A stretch of 60,815 bases of DNA, filler included, from Jimgerdemannia flammicorona (taxonomy: Eukaryota): assembly GCA_003990765.1 (NCBI GenBank). It is 3 parts of 3 records of this genome, joined end to end, with 100 filler letters (N's around TTAATTAATTAA, not from the genome) between each part and the next. Parts side by side here need not be neighbours in the genome. Positions count along the whole stretch, not along the records: positions 1 to 20,212 come from RBNJ01001735.1; 2 more parts are not named here. One strand, 5' to 3'. The position numbers and the translations under genes are program-made. Under the pieces are notes generated by a model. That model saw only the letters and a list, made by a program, of their open reading frames with translations. It was not told the origin of the DNA and searched no databases. Shown here piece by piece: positions 1 through 12,924 of the stretch. Each line of letters begins with the position of its first letter. Position 1 is the stretch's first letter.

Positions 1-645
1 AAAAAAGAGAAGAAATATTATATTGAACTTTCAGTTGAATTATCTGGTAGATGGTGGGTACTTTGACTGTGAGGAGTATTATAGTGTAGAGTAGAAGAAG
101 GACTTTATATAGATGACTGAATATTAGATGAGTGAGTGTGAGGTTCTTGGAGACTTCTAAATAATAGTTGAGTCTCATCTGAGAGTAGTGAGGAGAGAGG
201 TTGGTGAGAAAGATCAGTGAGATGATTTGAGAGAGTGATTAATAGGTTATATTAATAATAAGTGACTTATAGTTAGGTAGATCTTAGTGGTATATAAAGC
301 TAGCTGGACACTGGTTGTATATATTTGAGAAGGAGAAGTAGATAGGTTTGAAGAAGTATTTGATAAGATAGAAAGGGTTGTTGGGAGAGGTTATGTCTGA
401 CTGGTGGGTAGAGTAGAGTTCCCAAGAGAGTTATTGTTATAGCTTTATAGAGGAGATTTGTAAGCTGAGTGAGAAGAGAACAGTAGTGACTGATATTCAG
501 ATGGTCTTTCTTTGTGAAGAGGTAGATGGTAGTTCCCAGAGAGAGAATGGTTGAGTGTGAGATTACTGTATTATATTAGAGATAGATGGGTTTGGTAATA
601 AAGGAATCTGAGAGACTGTTAAAAAAAAAAACAAAAACAAAAACA
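1..645 (+). mobile_element. Old, heavily mutated 3' end of an L1/Tx1-like LINE with poly(A) tail
   Basis: 63-160 aligns by eye with the LINE ORF2 3' region (ttgactgtgaggagtattatagtgtag vs ttcaactgtgaagagtgttataatgtag at ~16043; gagtgtgaggttctt vs gagtgtgaggtgctt). Ends in AATAAA...GACT followed by an A-rich tail at 621-645. Confidence 0.7.
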
Positions 646-659
646 ATAATAATAAGCAA

Positions 660-1600
660 TTTAGAAATAATCATAATCTTACTTCTGAAGAGTTATAGAA
701 TAGAATAAAGCCAGATATATTGCATCTATATATATTTAGATATAATATATATATTCTTAATAAGAGTAATACTAATTAATATAAGTTTGAGTCAAAAGCT
801 AGTAAGTACATATTTTTTAAATATTCTGACAAGATATATCAACTATAAGATCTATATAAATATTATACAGTAATCTCATATAATATACAGTTTACTGAAA
901 AAGAAAATCAGGAACCCTATGTAGATGTACTTATTAAAACCTCTATTTTAACATCTACTTCAACATCTACTTTAATATCTATATCTCAATTAGTATAAGT
1001 ATAACATCTGGTATCAATATTTTCAATAAAGTAAAATTATTTTCAATCACTATATATATCTAAGCCAGAGTTATCCAAGTTAAGAATAATAGAGATTAAG
1101 AATGATAAGATCAATATAATAATAAAGAATCTATTAAGGATAAGAAAAAGCCAAAGTATAAGTCTAGAAATAAGATTTATTCTAATTAAGAAAATTATTG
1201 AGATATACTAACAAACTCTAGATAGTAATATAAAGATCATATAAGCTATGCTGAGATATATATACAAATATATATTTATTATAACTTTTAGTGAGTTAAG
1301 TATATATAATAAAGTGATATATAACTTTCTCTAATAATAAGAAATAAAAGTAAGCCATAGATGAGAAGTATAATTCACTAATTAGAAATAGCATATAGGA
1401 TCTAGTACTTCTTTTGACCAATCAACAAACTATAGGATCATATTAGGTCTACAAAATTAAGCATAAGAGTGATAAAAGTATAGAATAATATAAAGCTCAT
1501 TTTGTAACTAAGAAGATATTTTTACTAGTATTTAAGCTTACTTTACTAAGAATACTTCTTATAATTAATATTATACACAACTTAGAAATCCATTAGATAG
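660..1600 (+). mobile_element. Ty1/Copia remnant (integrase C-terminus to RT start), left part, interrupted by Gypsy A
   Basis: Degenerate motifs KPD..HL, KFESKASKYIF, A.DEKYNSLIRN..(W)DLV, KAHFVTK and LRILL...HNLEIH* are recognisable Copia pol motifs. Confidence 0.75.
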
Positions 1601-3088
1601 TGTAACGGTGATTCCAGAATGATAACATCAGTATAGGAGACAGTCTTTCCTTGCAAGCCACCAGATCGGAGCACAAGAAGATCATATGGCATATGAGATG
1701 AGTAATGGTGACCAACTATAAGTCATTGTGACCACAGTACAAGTATCCTGAAGAATATAAAAGAAGGATCAAGGAACTGCAGTAGCAGTAACCAATAAGA
1801 ACCACCAATCCCAAAATAGCTCAAAGACTTACTATAAATGAAATGCCTGCTATCTGCCAAACCTCAAGGTCAAGGAATCACCAAGGCATCTCATCCAAGG
1901 AAAAGATGTTCCAAGACATTAGAAGAGCCATGAGGACCCACTCAAGAAGGACTCCTAGTATCAACCTGGGTACTGCAGATCCCTATCACTTTATCCTCTA
2001 TTGCCATGAAATGGAAACAAGGATCACTATTGCTACTGAATGCCTCCAAATGTGGCAGGAGTATGAAATAGGAAACCTCCTCTGCCAGGAGTTCCCACAG
2101 GCCAGCACTCAAGAGCTACAAGATGTCACTCTCATAGATATACATGAAATAAGGATAGCTAAGAAGATCCATCAGATCTTCAGGTATGCACCATGGTTGA
2201 TCCCCAACTTGGAGTATGTTAGAGTCTCAGATTTCAGAGATCTGTCATTCTACCATATCAATGCACTAGAAGCCAGGGTGGCTACAGAAGGCCAGTCCAC
2301 TATCACTCTCAATAGTGATGAAGTAGAAGACTTCTGGCACCCCATCCTCCAGGACAACTCAGACCAATTCTTACAAGAGTTGATATCAGTATTCCAAGGC
2401 CCAAGTATCCAGGTTAGACCTACCCAAGACCCCACATTTGTTCCCTATTTTGTGGAAGAGAACCTCATCAGATCTCCTTATTCCCACCACTGCCGAACAT
2501 GATGACATCATCAGTGATGACATCATCCTGCACTATCGAAGGATGCGAAAATGACGAATTTATAGACCTCATCTCCTTCAAAGATATCCTGAACTCTGAT
2601 AATGAGGATGAAGCCCCCATGGTCCTGAACATTCTACTCTAAATCTCTTATTATACTGGATAATGCCAGTACTGGCATTTTGATGTATGTAATACTAAAT
2701 TATACCAGCACCAGCATTCTGATATGACACTGAATTATACCAGCATCCTAAACCTATACAACCATTAGTGCCAACCCTGGAACTTAGTAGTTTGAGTTAT
2801 TGGAATTTATATTTAGCTTTATATCTTAGCAACTATTGAATTATATTTTGTATAAATATCCCTCTTATTTTCTTTGAAATAAATTCAGTTCTGGTTTCAC
2901 TTATACACACTTCCTTGCAAGCAATCTAAGAGATAAAAAGACAGTTAAAGATAAGAAGTTTGAGGACTATAAGATCTTGGAAAGGTACTCCAATAAGAAC
3001 TTGCTTATAACAAACTTGAGTTAGTCTAAGAGATATACCTTGAAGAGAATCTGATATATTTAAAGAACTCAGCAACCACTATGTGACA
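1601..3088 (+). repeat. 5' LTR of Gypsy A (1488 bp)
   Basis: TGTAAC...GTGACA; colinear with 16689-18222. TATAAAA 1756, TATAAATA 2851, AATAAA 2878, ~35-bp tandem repeats at ~2665-2745. Confidence 0.95.
1843..2642 (+). pseudogene. LTR-encoded accessory ORF (family A, 5' copy), frameshifted by a 14-nt deletion near 2469
   Basis: 219-aa ORF 1843-2502. Comparison with the 3' LTR shows loss of AGACTGGAGAGCTC; restoring it extends the frame to PMVLNILL* at 2642. Confidence 0.8.
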
Positions 3089-3091
3089 ACT

Positions 3092-3102
3092 TGGTGCCCA
3101 TT
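3092..3102 (+). promoter_or_regulatory. Primer-binding site of Gypsy A (TGGTGCCCATT)
   Basis: 3 nt after the LTR end. TGG start is complementary to tRNA CCA; related element E has TGGTACCCATTG at 42902-42891 (minus). Cognate tRNA not determined. Confidence 0.7.
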
Positions 3103-3182
3103 TGCTGGTAATTCAAGATGAATCTCTCACTTTCAAGCTGAAAAATGAACAACTCCCACAACAACTACCCTGACTACAAGAG

Positions 3183-5245
3183 TGTAAGCATACAACCTCC
3201 AAGCCACCAAAATTACACATCACCCTCTGAACAAGCCACTGAAATCACACGCAACCTCTGAACAAATCTGGAAATCACCTGCTCGATCATGAAGCTGAGT
3301 CAATATGAAGTCACAGCACACAAAGCTGAGTCAATACGAAGTTACAAAACACAAGATTTACACATATGGAATCTTACCAATCAGGACCAAATGCATACAT
3401 ACTGAGCACCGAGATGCATTGAATCAGAGAACCAAAACAAACAAACAACCATAACTTCCAAACACACAAACATGATAACTGAGATCTATACCCATATACG
3501 CGCTGACATTTAGAATGCCATTGTCAACTGAGCTACACCCTCTCTGCCCCTCATGAATATCCCTAGTCTAGTACTCCTCTAATTTGTGGAAGCCCGATGG
3601 AATACCCTGAACATGCTTAGCAAGGCCCACCAAATTGGACAAATCTCAAGCTACTACCAGATCGGCCACCTCCTGGAAGACATGGTCGAATACCACCATG
3701 ATACAGACATTACCCAGATGTCTCAACACCAGAAGCTCATTATCCGCAAATATTGAGAACTCTTCTATGAGTACAGTACCATTATTCCCTGCCTCTGAGT
3801 TACTACCAGCAAAATGGTTGCTACCCTGTCCTATGGCCAAATCGATGACATGATACAAGAACTCAATCAGAAGTACCTCGAGTACATCAAAACTACAGAC
3901 AAAACCTTCCCACACCCCAATGATCACATCCTGCAAATGCCCCAAGTTGGATATGCCATGAAGGACATCTATGATATAATCCACTTCGATGAAGATGAAG
4001 CAGAAGACAATGATCCCTCTGATGCCGACATGACCTCTAGCCAAGAATCTCTGCCAACCCTGATCACTCTGCCAACCTTGCCAATGAACTTACAACAGTT
4101 CATAACTGCATATGAGACTTATTGGGACAATGATCACTGGCACGAATACTAACCTGCATTCACTCCCGATTACTTCAACTACAATGAAGAGACCGGAGAA
4201 CACAATCTGTACCTCCAGACAACCCTTGAGATCAAACCAACTACTCCACCACCTGAGTATGAGCGACATGAACCACTGCCGCCAGCTTACTACAATCCTG
4301 CAACTCATAGTGCTGTAACCTATAGAAGGTACACAGACAGTGAATTCAATGAAAGCGAAGACAATATACCCATCCTTCGTCTACCAACACCTTATCCAGC
4401 CTACAAGACAGATGATGCTATTCTGTGGGACAGAGACAAAGTCCCAATGTATTACTACCTCAGCGAATAAGGAGAAGTAATCCATGAACCACTCTTCCTA
4501 GATGACTACTTCATCAGAGACAATATCATTGATAGTGATATCATCAAGAACTACCCAGACAGTACCTAAACCCATAAATAGCCTAGCAGTCATAGTATAG
4601 TTAGATTAGCATTGTATGACGTAACTGTGAACTGACTCAGCAGTCAGATGATCTCTTGATATATCAGATCACACTTGTACTACATGACTACATTCTGACT
4701 CAGCAAGGCACTTAGTGCTACATCCATATCTAGCATAGTCCAGATAGCTCCTCACTAGTATAAATACCCCCTCCCCCAGACCTCAGAATCTCAGACCCAA
4801 ACACACAAGAACATTCCTGAATACTTCCCCATAATACCCCTTTACACAACTACTCCTAGTATAGCAATATCATGAATAGCAAATAAACCTATTTAATAAC
4901 CCACAAACCACTCTTAAGTAAATCCACTCCCTGTTAGGTCCCACTCCTAACTCTATTACGAAATTTCCTAATTGGGTATTGTCTGCAGCGATACACTAAT
5001 TCAACTAAGCTGGTCTTAGTTTCTTGAACTTCCTGAAATATGGAAAATCCTGAATATCCAGAACTAGTCCGAAAAAGGACTTTGGTTAAGATGTCAACCT
5101 GATCTTGAAATCAATAAGCATAGAGGACGTACTCTATATGAAATTGATCTTGACCATAAGAAAATGGTCTTCCAGAATATCTAGAACTTCCAGAAAACCT
5201 TCCCAGAACTACGTGATGGTTACTCTAAAAAGCAACCCTCTCACA
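3183..5245 (+). mobile_element. Solo LTR (2063 bp) of chromovirus family B inserted in the Gypsy A leader
   Basis: TGTAAG...CTCACA flanked by 5-bp TSD AAGAG (3178-3182, 5246-5250). Homologous to the minus-strand LTR at 35958-38022. Related element E lacks this block between PBS and gag. Confidence 0.92.
3472..4569 (+). pseudogene. LTR-encoded accessory ORF (family B), ~365 codons
   Basis: One uninterrupted frame MITEIYTHIR...KNYPDST* with 7 internal stops, all explicable as single transitions from CGA/CAA/TGG, and no frameshift. Lies upstream of TATAAATA at 4759. Confidence 0.8.
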
Positions 5246-5276
5246 AAGAGTCACTCCTGCAAGAATTCAAGACAAG

Positions 5277-8200
5277 ATGGAAATGTATCCCTCCACATTC
5301 TATGGATATACTACTGAAGAGTCAATCCTGACCTTTATTGAAGACTTTGAACAATTCGCCACCATACAAGCCCTTGGTGTGAATACACAATTGGCCCTTC
5401 TACCAGTCAGCCTCAGAGGATCTGCCAGAGATAAGTTCAATGCAGCCATCATTGCTGATGCTGGTGCAGCCAAACTTGCCAACATGAAGGCCTTCCTCAG
5501 AACAACATATTATACTGAAAATATCAAGCAAGCTCTCAAGGATCAACTCAATACTATCTGCTAGAGACTTAGTGAAGATCCGAACTCATTCTATATCTGA
5601 ATCTGCCACCAGATTGTCTTGGCTGGCTTTAATGACCACCTCAAGGAACAAATAGCAGATTCAACCTTCCTCAAAGGAGTTCACTCTGAAATTGCCCTAG
5701 CAATCTGGTCTACCCCAGCTGCACTGACTCTTGATCAGAAAGTGGTCTTTGTATAGAGATATTGCACTGCCGGACACCCTGCCGAACACTCAATGGAGAA
5801 AATAACTGGCATCAAGATAGAGCCATCAAAACTAACTAGTATCTTATCTGCTACAGTTGTAAACAGACAACCAACCCCATCTACCCCCAAGACTGCCAAA
5901 GCTGATCCAGTGGAAGAACTTGCCAAGCAGTTTACTGAGATGACTGCACACCTTGGTGATGTTGTTAGAGAAGTCTGAAGCATCAACAGGAGACCAGTGC
6001 AGAGATTTGCAGCTACTATAGAAGAACACAATATTACATGCTTCAGATGTGGAGAAGAAGGCCACTATGAAAAGAATTGTATAACCGAAATGAGATGCAA
6101 AGCCCAACCAAGCTATGCTAGCAGAACCAGAGAACAAACCAATACAGTAGTCATCAAGGAGATTGGTGACACTGATGATGAAGAATACTACAAGGAGCTC
6201 GAATTCTACCCTGCTACTGAAGGTACCAGAACCTGGTCCAAGCTCTATGACAAGAAGAGCAACAGCAAGCCAGTTGGAAGACCAAAGAAGACCCCAGCTA
6301 TTACTATTCAAAGCAAGACCCAACCTGAGGAGATTGATCAAGATATAGAGTTAGATGAAGCTGCCTGCCAAATCATTGAAGGCACTACTCCAGTCTCAGG
6401 AGAAAGAGAAAGCAAGAAGGAACAGAAGCTGCACAAGACCAAGATCCACCAGTATGATATCTATAAGGACCTTAAGGAACAGAAGGTCAATGCTACCTTT
6501 GGACAGCTAGCTGAAGTCCCTGCCTTCAGACAGTAGTTGAGAGTAGGACTTGCAACTATTGCCAAGAATCAAGAGTATAAGATTGTAGAAGCTCACAATG
6601 TATAGGAAGAATCCAAGAACTCAGGTGAAGAATCTGAAGACCAGCACAAGACATCAGCCTATACCCCATGTCAAATTGAAGACTGTATCTTTGATGCTAT
6701 TATTGATACCAGTGCTGGAGGATGCCTCATGAGCAAGAAGGCAATTGACTGCCTAGGTTGGGACATTGAAGAGTCCACCAAGATGGTCTATGTCACAGCA
6801 GATGATATATGAGCTACCCCACTTGGTAAAATCTGAGAAGTCCCCATCAAGATAGAAGGAGCTACCATCCTAGTAGATACATATGATTGTTACAAGCACT
6901 ATCAACTATGACATCCTCATTGGCAACCAATAGCTTCACAAGACCAAGGCCATCTTCCCAGAAGATGCAGATCAACTATAGAGGAAGAAAGATATGAGTC
7001 TCTATGAATGTCCACAAAGGAGTCCTACCAGACATGGAGGAAGGAGATGAAGAAGACACAGAGGTCTTCATGTACTTGGTGAATAAGAATAAGAACAAGA
7101 CACCCAAGCTCATGGATGAGCAGTGGTACAACAAGATCATCAATGGCTATGCACCTCAAGGAAGATGCCTCCATGGTAATAGGATGTACTGCTCTGATAA
7201 CCTGAATGACTACTAGTCCTATATCAGTGAAGTCAGGAAAATCTGCCAACAGAAACATGAGCAAGAAGCCACCAAAGCAAAAAGGAAAGCTGAAGAAGAT
7301 GACCAGCCTCCAGAGCTTCAGGCTGACAGTGACAATGAGGAGGAACAAGAATCAGACATCACCCTCAAAATCAAGAAGTTTTACCCTGAAGCCAAGATCC
7401 CAGAATACAAGGCTGAAGGAGCCATAGGAATGGACCTTGCCAGCATTCAATATGCTACCCTTGAACCACAGACCACCACCCTACTTGGCACTGGAATTGG
7501 AGTCAAGCTGCCAGAAAACCACACCAGAATTATTAAGACCAGAAGCAGTCTGGCCAAAAGTGAAATCTCAGTTGAAGGAGAAGTAATTGACCCTGATTAC
7601 ACTGGCAAGATCTTCCTCATAGTCAGGAATCACAACCCCACCACCTCATTCAAAGTTAAGAAGTATGACAGGATTGACCAGATGCTGATCTATGAAATCA
7701 AGAAGCCCAAGATCATAGAAGCCATCAAACTCATCAAGAGCAAGAGAGAAGAACAAGACTTTGAATCTACTAGAAGAGGAACCTATGCCACCACCAAGAT
7801 TACTAAACTCGAGCACAAGAAAGACAAGGATCAGAACAAGCACACATATACTATTGGAGAAAACTTTCCCCTAGAGGAACAACTTCTCAAGATCCTGCAT
7901 CAGAATGAAGGAGTACTTGCTATAGACTTTAGAGATATCTACAATCAAGAACTCAAGTACTACTATGAAGTTGACACTGATGATACCAAGCCCATTTATC
8001 AGAAAGCCAGACCCATACCACCTGCCTACAGAGAATGGCTGTGAGCAGAACTCAAGGAAATGGAAGAAGCTGGAATCATCAAGCAAGCTATCAGCCCCTG
8101 GGCTTCACCCATTGTTCTTGTCTTGAAGAAAGGAAGCAAGCCTGGAGAGTTTGCACTAAGACTCTGCATTGACTACAGGAAGCTCAATACCATCACCAAG

Positions 8201-10531
8201 AAGGATAGGCAGCCCTTGCCGAATATTTAAGAGATCCTTACCACCCTTGAAAGTAAAGCTAAATACTACACCACCTTGGATCTGTTCTCAGGCTTTCATC
8301 AGATTGGTCTTACTCAAGATGCCAGTGAGAAATCAGCCTTCATCACACCTAATACTACCTATATCTACCTGCAAATACCATTCGGAATGTGCAATGCCCC
8401 AGTAAGTTTCCAGTGAATGATGAACAAAGTCTTCAGCAACAAGATTGGAAAATGGCTCTTTGTCTATGTTGATGATATAATCATCTTCAGCAATACTGTA
8501 TGGGAATATGTCAATCATATACAGCTAGTCCTCAAGAAGCTCAAGGAGCATAGCCTCTACATCAAGCCCAAGAAATGCAAGTTTGCAGCTCAAGAAATCA
8601 CCTACCTAGGACACCTCATCAACCAGACCAGAATTCATACAGACTCTATGAATATTGAGGCTATTGCAGCCTACCTGAGACCCAGAACAACCACAGAAGT
8701 CCATGCCTTCCTTGGACTGGCCAACTACTATAGAAGGTTCATCAAAGGATACTCCAATATTATAGCACCTATCTATGAGCTACTGAAGAAAGAGACCAAA
8801 TTCAAATGGACCAAGGAGTACTAAGAAACCTTCAATGAACTCAAGACTAGGTTGATCCAAGCACCTATCCTCAGAAGACCAGATTGGAACCTAGAATTCA
8901 TCCTGTAGACAGATGCAAGTACTATAGGACTTGGAGCAGTCCTAACTCAGAAGAAAGATGGACATGAATATGTCATCTCCTATGCAAGCCAAGGTACCTG
9001 TGGAGCAGAACAGAACTACAAGTCATATAAGCTTGAATGCTTAGCAGTAGTCAGGGCAGTAGACAAGTTCCACTACTACTTAGCTGGGAAATACTTCACT
9101 ATTCAAACAGACCATTCCACCCTTGCCTAGCTATTCCAAACTCTGAACCCCAAAGGAATATATGCCAGATAGATCTACAGGCTGCAAGAGTATGACTGTA
9201 CTGTTGAGCACCACTCAGGAAAGACCAACACCAATGCTGATGTACTCTCAAGGATACCCTGAAACACCCCCATCAAGACTATTCAACATGAATAAGGAGC
9301 TATACTATGGATTAATTAGCTACCTTGGGCAGTGGAAGATGCCCAACCACCTCAAACCTGGATAATCACTATCATCAATCTGACTTGAAAACAGTTTGAA
9401 CTAGGCAACACTACACTCAGAAAAGGAGGAAAGCTAGTAATACCTAAACATAAGAAGTATCAAGTAATGAAGGAAGTACATAAGCAAGGACACCTAGGAG
9501 GAACCAACATATATGATAAGGCAAGAAGAACCATGTGGTGGCCCAAGATAGAAGAAGACCTGCACCAATTTGTCAAAAGGTGTGATAAGTGCCACAAACA
9601 GAAACAAGATCAGCAAGATCAGGCATCCGGGTCATCAAGAATTGAGCCTATCTCCTTCCACCACATTGCGATGGATATCATTGGACTACTACCAGTAATA
9701 CATCAGGAAACTGCTATATTATAGTTATTATAGACCTCTTCACCAAATGAATAGAGGCAGGAGCATTACAAGAAGCCAATATCCTTACTATAGCTGACTT
9801 CGTATATCAAGAAATCATCTACTGCTATAAGACACTGAAGCAAATCACAACAGACCACAGCACAGAATTTGTCAATGGATTCCATGAGATAATGTATCTG
9901 AAATACAAGATCCAGCACATCAAGACCACCACATACTACCCTAAGGAAATGGACAGACAGAGAGAATCAACAAGACCCTCAAGAACATTCTAGCGAAGAA
10001 CTCAGAGACATATGAGAATTGGGATAACTATCTCCCAACCACCCTCTCTGTCCTATGAGACATATGGTCACAGAGCACAAACTTCACCCCAAGAGAGCTG
10101 CTCTTTGGAGAAGAAGATTCGGATGGAACCCCAGCCATAAATCTAGATCTAACTTAGAGATGGGTTGATGTAGAAATCAGAAGACTACACCAAATCAGGA
10201 AGAAGGCTGAAGATTATATCACCAAGTCACAAGCACTGACAAGGAAGAATGCAAAAAAGAATCACAAGGCCCTAGAACCCATCCGAATTGGAGAAAAAGT
10301 CCTACTGTATTGAAATATAGTAGAAGCCTCATAGTTGTGAAAACTGGAGCCCAAATGAGAAGGACCCTTCTATATGCAAGATATCAAGGGAACTACCTTC
10401 TGGCTTAGAAAAGTCTCAGGGACTATACTGTCTACTACAGTATATAGGAACAGACTCAAGAAGTACTATGAACTTATATAAGAGAAGCAAAATGTGATAA
10501 CCACCTGCAAGGTTCTAGTCTGTGAATTATA
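5277..10531 (+). pseudogene. gag-pol of Gypsy A (Gag, CCHC knuckle, protease, dUTPase, RT, RNase H, integrase), degraded
   Basis: CFRCGEEGHYEKNC ~6037; DAIIDTSAG ~6693; SPWASPIVLV, IDYRKLN, PFGMCNAP and YVDD ~8090-8475; TDASTIGLGAVL ~8910; HLGG...WWP...CDKC and WEGPF integrase motifs. Confidence 0.92.
7370..7780 (+). pseudogene. dUTPase domain within Gypsy A pol
   Basis: GMDL, TGIGVKLP, RSSLA, VIDPDYTGKI, DRIDQM and R..QDFEST are the five trimeric dUTPase motifs (degenerate). Confidence 0.88.
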
Positions 10532-10883
10532 ACAGTATGTCCTATAACCAGCAGGCTATCTGTTTGGACCATTCTCTAAGAGATATGACACTGGCAACTA
10601 CTCATCCATGAGACTTTTGAAGTCAGAGAAGTTCGAACCATCAACTGATTGGTCGATCAGAATCAGACCCTTGCTCTATATGAAGGGAGTGATCCTTCAC
10701 TATTATACCAAAATACAAAGAGAAGATGCCAGTCCATAAATACCACTTTTCGACCCTTGCTAGAGGTTATGGGATCACACCTTTCTCTGGTAACATTCAG
10801 GTTACACAATCTTTTGGCAATACTTTCGACACAGTTTCTGGAGACAAGCTACTAGTATCATAGCAACCAATGAGATTCCTGAG

Positions 10884-12893
10884 GTGCATACTGGGCAGGG
10901 TGGCCCTGGAGCATTTGAATGGCAGCAAGTGAGAAGAGGCCCTAACTTGGGGGGAAGCATGAGGGGCCTGCTGGCAGAGGGCCGCAGTGGAGGAGGGGGC
11001 GGAGCTGGTGTCCAAGGATCTGGCAGAGCAAGCTTTGCAGAGAAGGTGAAGGGGGGTCAGCAGGGAGCTGGACTGGAGAGCTGGCTGAGGGGGGGGAAGG
11101 CGCTGGTGAGGGCTACCAGGCAGCAACCTCTTGGGGGTACCTCTCTGGAGGGCCTTAGGGGTAGAGCTGGGGGGGTAGCAGCTGGGGCAGGGACTGCTGA
11201 TGGGGGTGTGATGGGCAATCTGAAAAAAAATCTAGATGGGACTGCTGATGGTGAGCCAAGCAGTGGGAAGGGCACAAGGCCTAGGGACCTGGTGGATGAT
11301 GTAACAGGACTGGCGGAGGCTCTGTTACTCAAGAAGTCGATCTCAGAATATGCTGTCACGATGTGTTTCTGGGGCTTGGCGGTGATGGCAAAAATGGTTC
11401 TGGGGCTGATTGTGAAGCAGATGAGTGGGGCAGCATTGGTTAAGTTCCTGAAGGGCCTAGAAGGGGTGGAGGTGGAATTTGAAGAGGCTGGGCCACTGGA
11501 GGAGGCTTTGAAGACTGGGATGAAAGTGGGTGAAGTTTGTGTACTGATGGTGAGATGCCTGTGGTGGGACTCAAGAGTAGTGCAACTTCTGATAAAAGGA
11601 GTTCCCACTGTTACTGCTGTAGAGACAAGGAAGAGAGTCGAGGAGATTATGGCAGAGTATGGGGAGGTAGTTGATATTGGGTTCAGAGTGTGGGAAGGAA
11701 CCTCCCTCTGGACAGGAGATGTTGACATCAGAATTTGGCTGGCTGGACAGGAGGCTACTGGGAAGGCTCGGGACTGGCCCTCAGTGATGATGTGGAGGGC
11801 TATCTTGTGCAAGGTGATGAGAGTAAAAGAGAGTGAGGAGGAGGAGGAGGATTTGCTGGAGGCACTGAAGGAGTTGAGTGGGGCAGTTGAGAGGAGGGCA
11901 AAAGCATGGAAAGCATTTGAGGCAGTGATGCATCTTGAGGTGATTGGAGGAAAGTGAGTCTGCATCAACAAGGAGGTGTGGGAGAGGTCCCAAGGGTGTA
12001 GAAGGCAGAGGGAATTGTTGGCAAAAATGGGGGTAGAGGCGACAAGGAAGGCAGGTGATAGAGCAACTACCAGAGGTGCTGAGGTGAGTGTCTGGGCTGC
12101 TAGTAGTGGAAGGAATGAGGAGGGGGGGCAGGTGGAGGCTGTAAAGGTGCCGAGCAAGAACCTGTATGAAGATGGCATACTGGAGGTTTGGGAGGAAATC
12201 TGGGAGGATTCACCTTCACCCTCCCCCCTTATCAGAAGGGGTCCAGTAGCAAGAGATAGGGTGGTGGAGGATGTGCCGATGCACGGTGCTCAGCAGGTGC
12301 ACTTTGGAGTCCCAAATGTAGAGAAGGGGGGATTGGTAGAGGTGGCTGGGGAAGAGGAATTGGTGGATGTCCTGGAGGAGGGATGGAATGAGTCAGCAAG
12401 TGTGGGGGCTGATACTACGATGTTGGATGGAGGGAGGCCAGCGACTCCAGGAGGGAAGGAGGTAGGAAACTTGCTCTGGGTATGCCGGATGATGAACAAC
12501 TTGGCAGCAGAAGAGCTGGGAGAAGTCGACCTTCGAGTGATGAGTGATGAGCATTGGGCAAGGATCCTGCAAGGCAATGGAGTGGAGGCAGCATTGAAGA
12601 CAGAGATTCTGGCAGTATGCTTGGAGGAGGAGGGGTATGAGGTAGATAAGGAGGGGGAAGCTGTGCTGGCAATTGTGGCGAGTGAGAGAGCTGCCCACTA
12701 TTGGACTAAGAGGCATGGGCTGCAGCTCTGGCAGGAGGCTTGTTTAGAGTACCATGAGGAGTTTGAGGAAAAGGAGGATGGGGAGATGGCTGAAATCCTG
12801 GCTGAATTGGAGGCTAAGAGGATCAAAGAAGCTGAAGCTACTGCTGAGCGCAACCTGGACAGGGCACAGGAGGAAGTGGACATGGAGCAGTAG
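10884..12893 (+). pseudogene. LINE ORF1 (RRM-like region plus acidic/coiled tail), one internal TGA at 11955
   Basis: ORFs 10884-11957 and 11976-12893 are in the same frame; VQLLIKGVP...IMAEYGEVVDI...TGDVDIRI resembles the L1/Tx1 ORF1 RRM. Start codon uncertain. Confidence 0.75.
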
Positions 12894-12924
12894 AGGATGC
12901 ATCTGAAACTATATAATTTCTCTT

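Noticed and set aside
2665..2745. 35-bp and 59-bp repeats as CRISPR-like arrays
   Set aside because: Head-to-tail units without unique spacers, inside eukaryotic LTRs, no cas genes.
11057..12178. 373-aa minus-strand ORF
   Set aside because: Antisense shadow of G-rich LINE ORF1, Ser/Pro-rich with no motifs.
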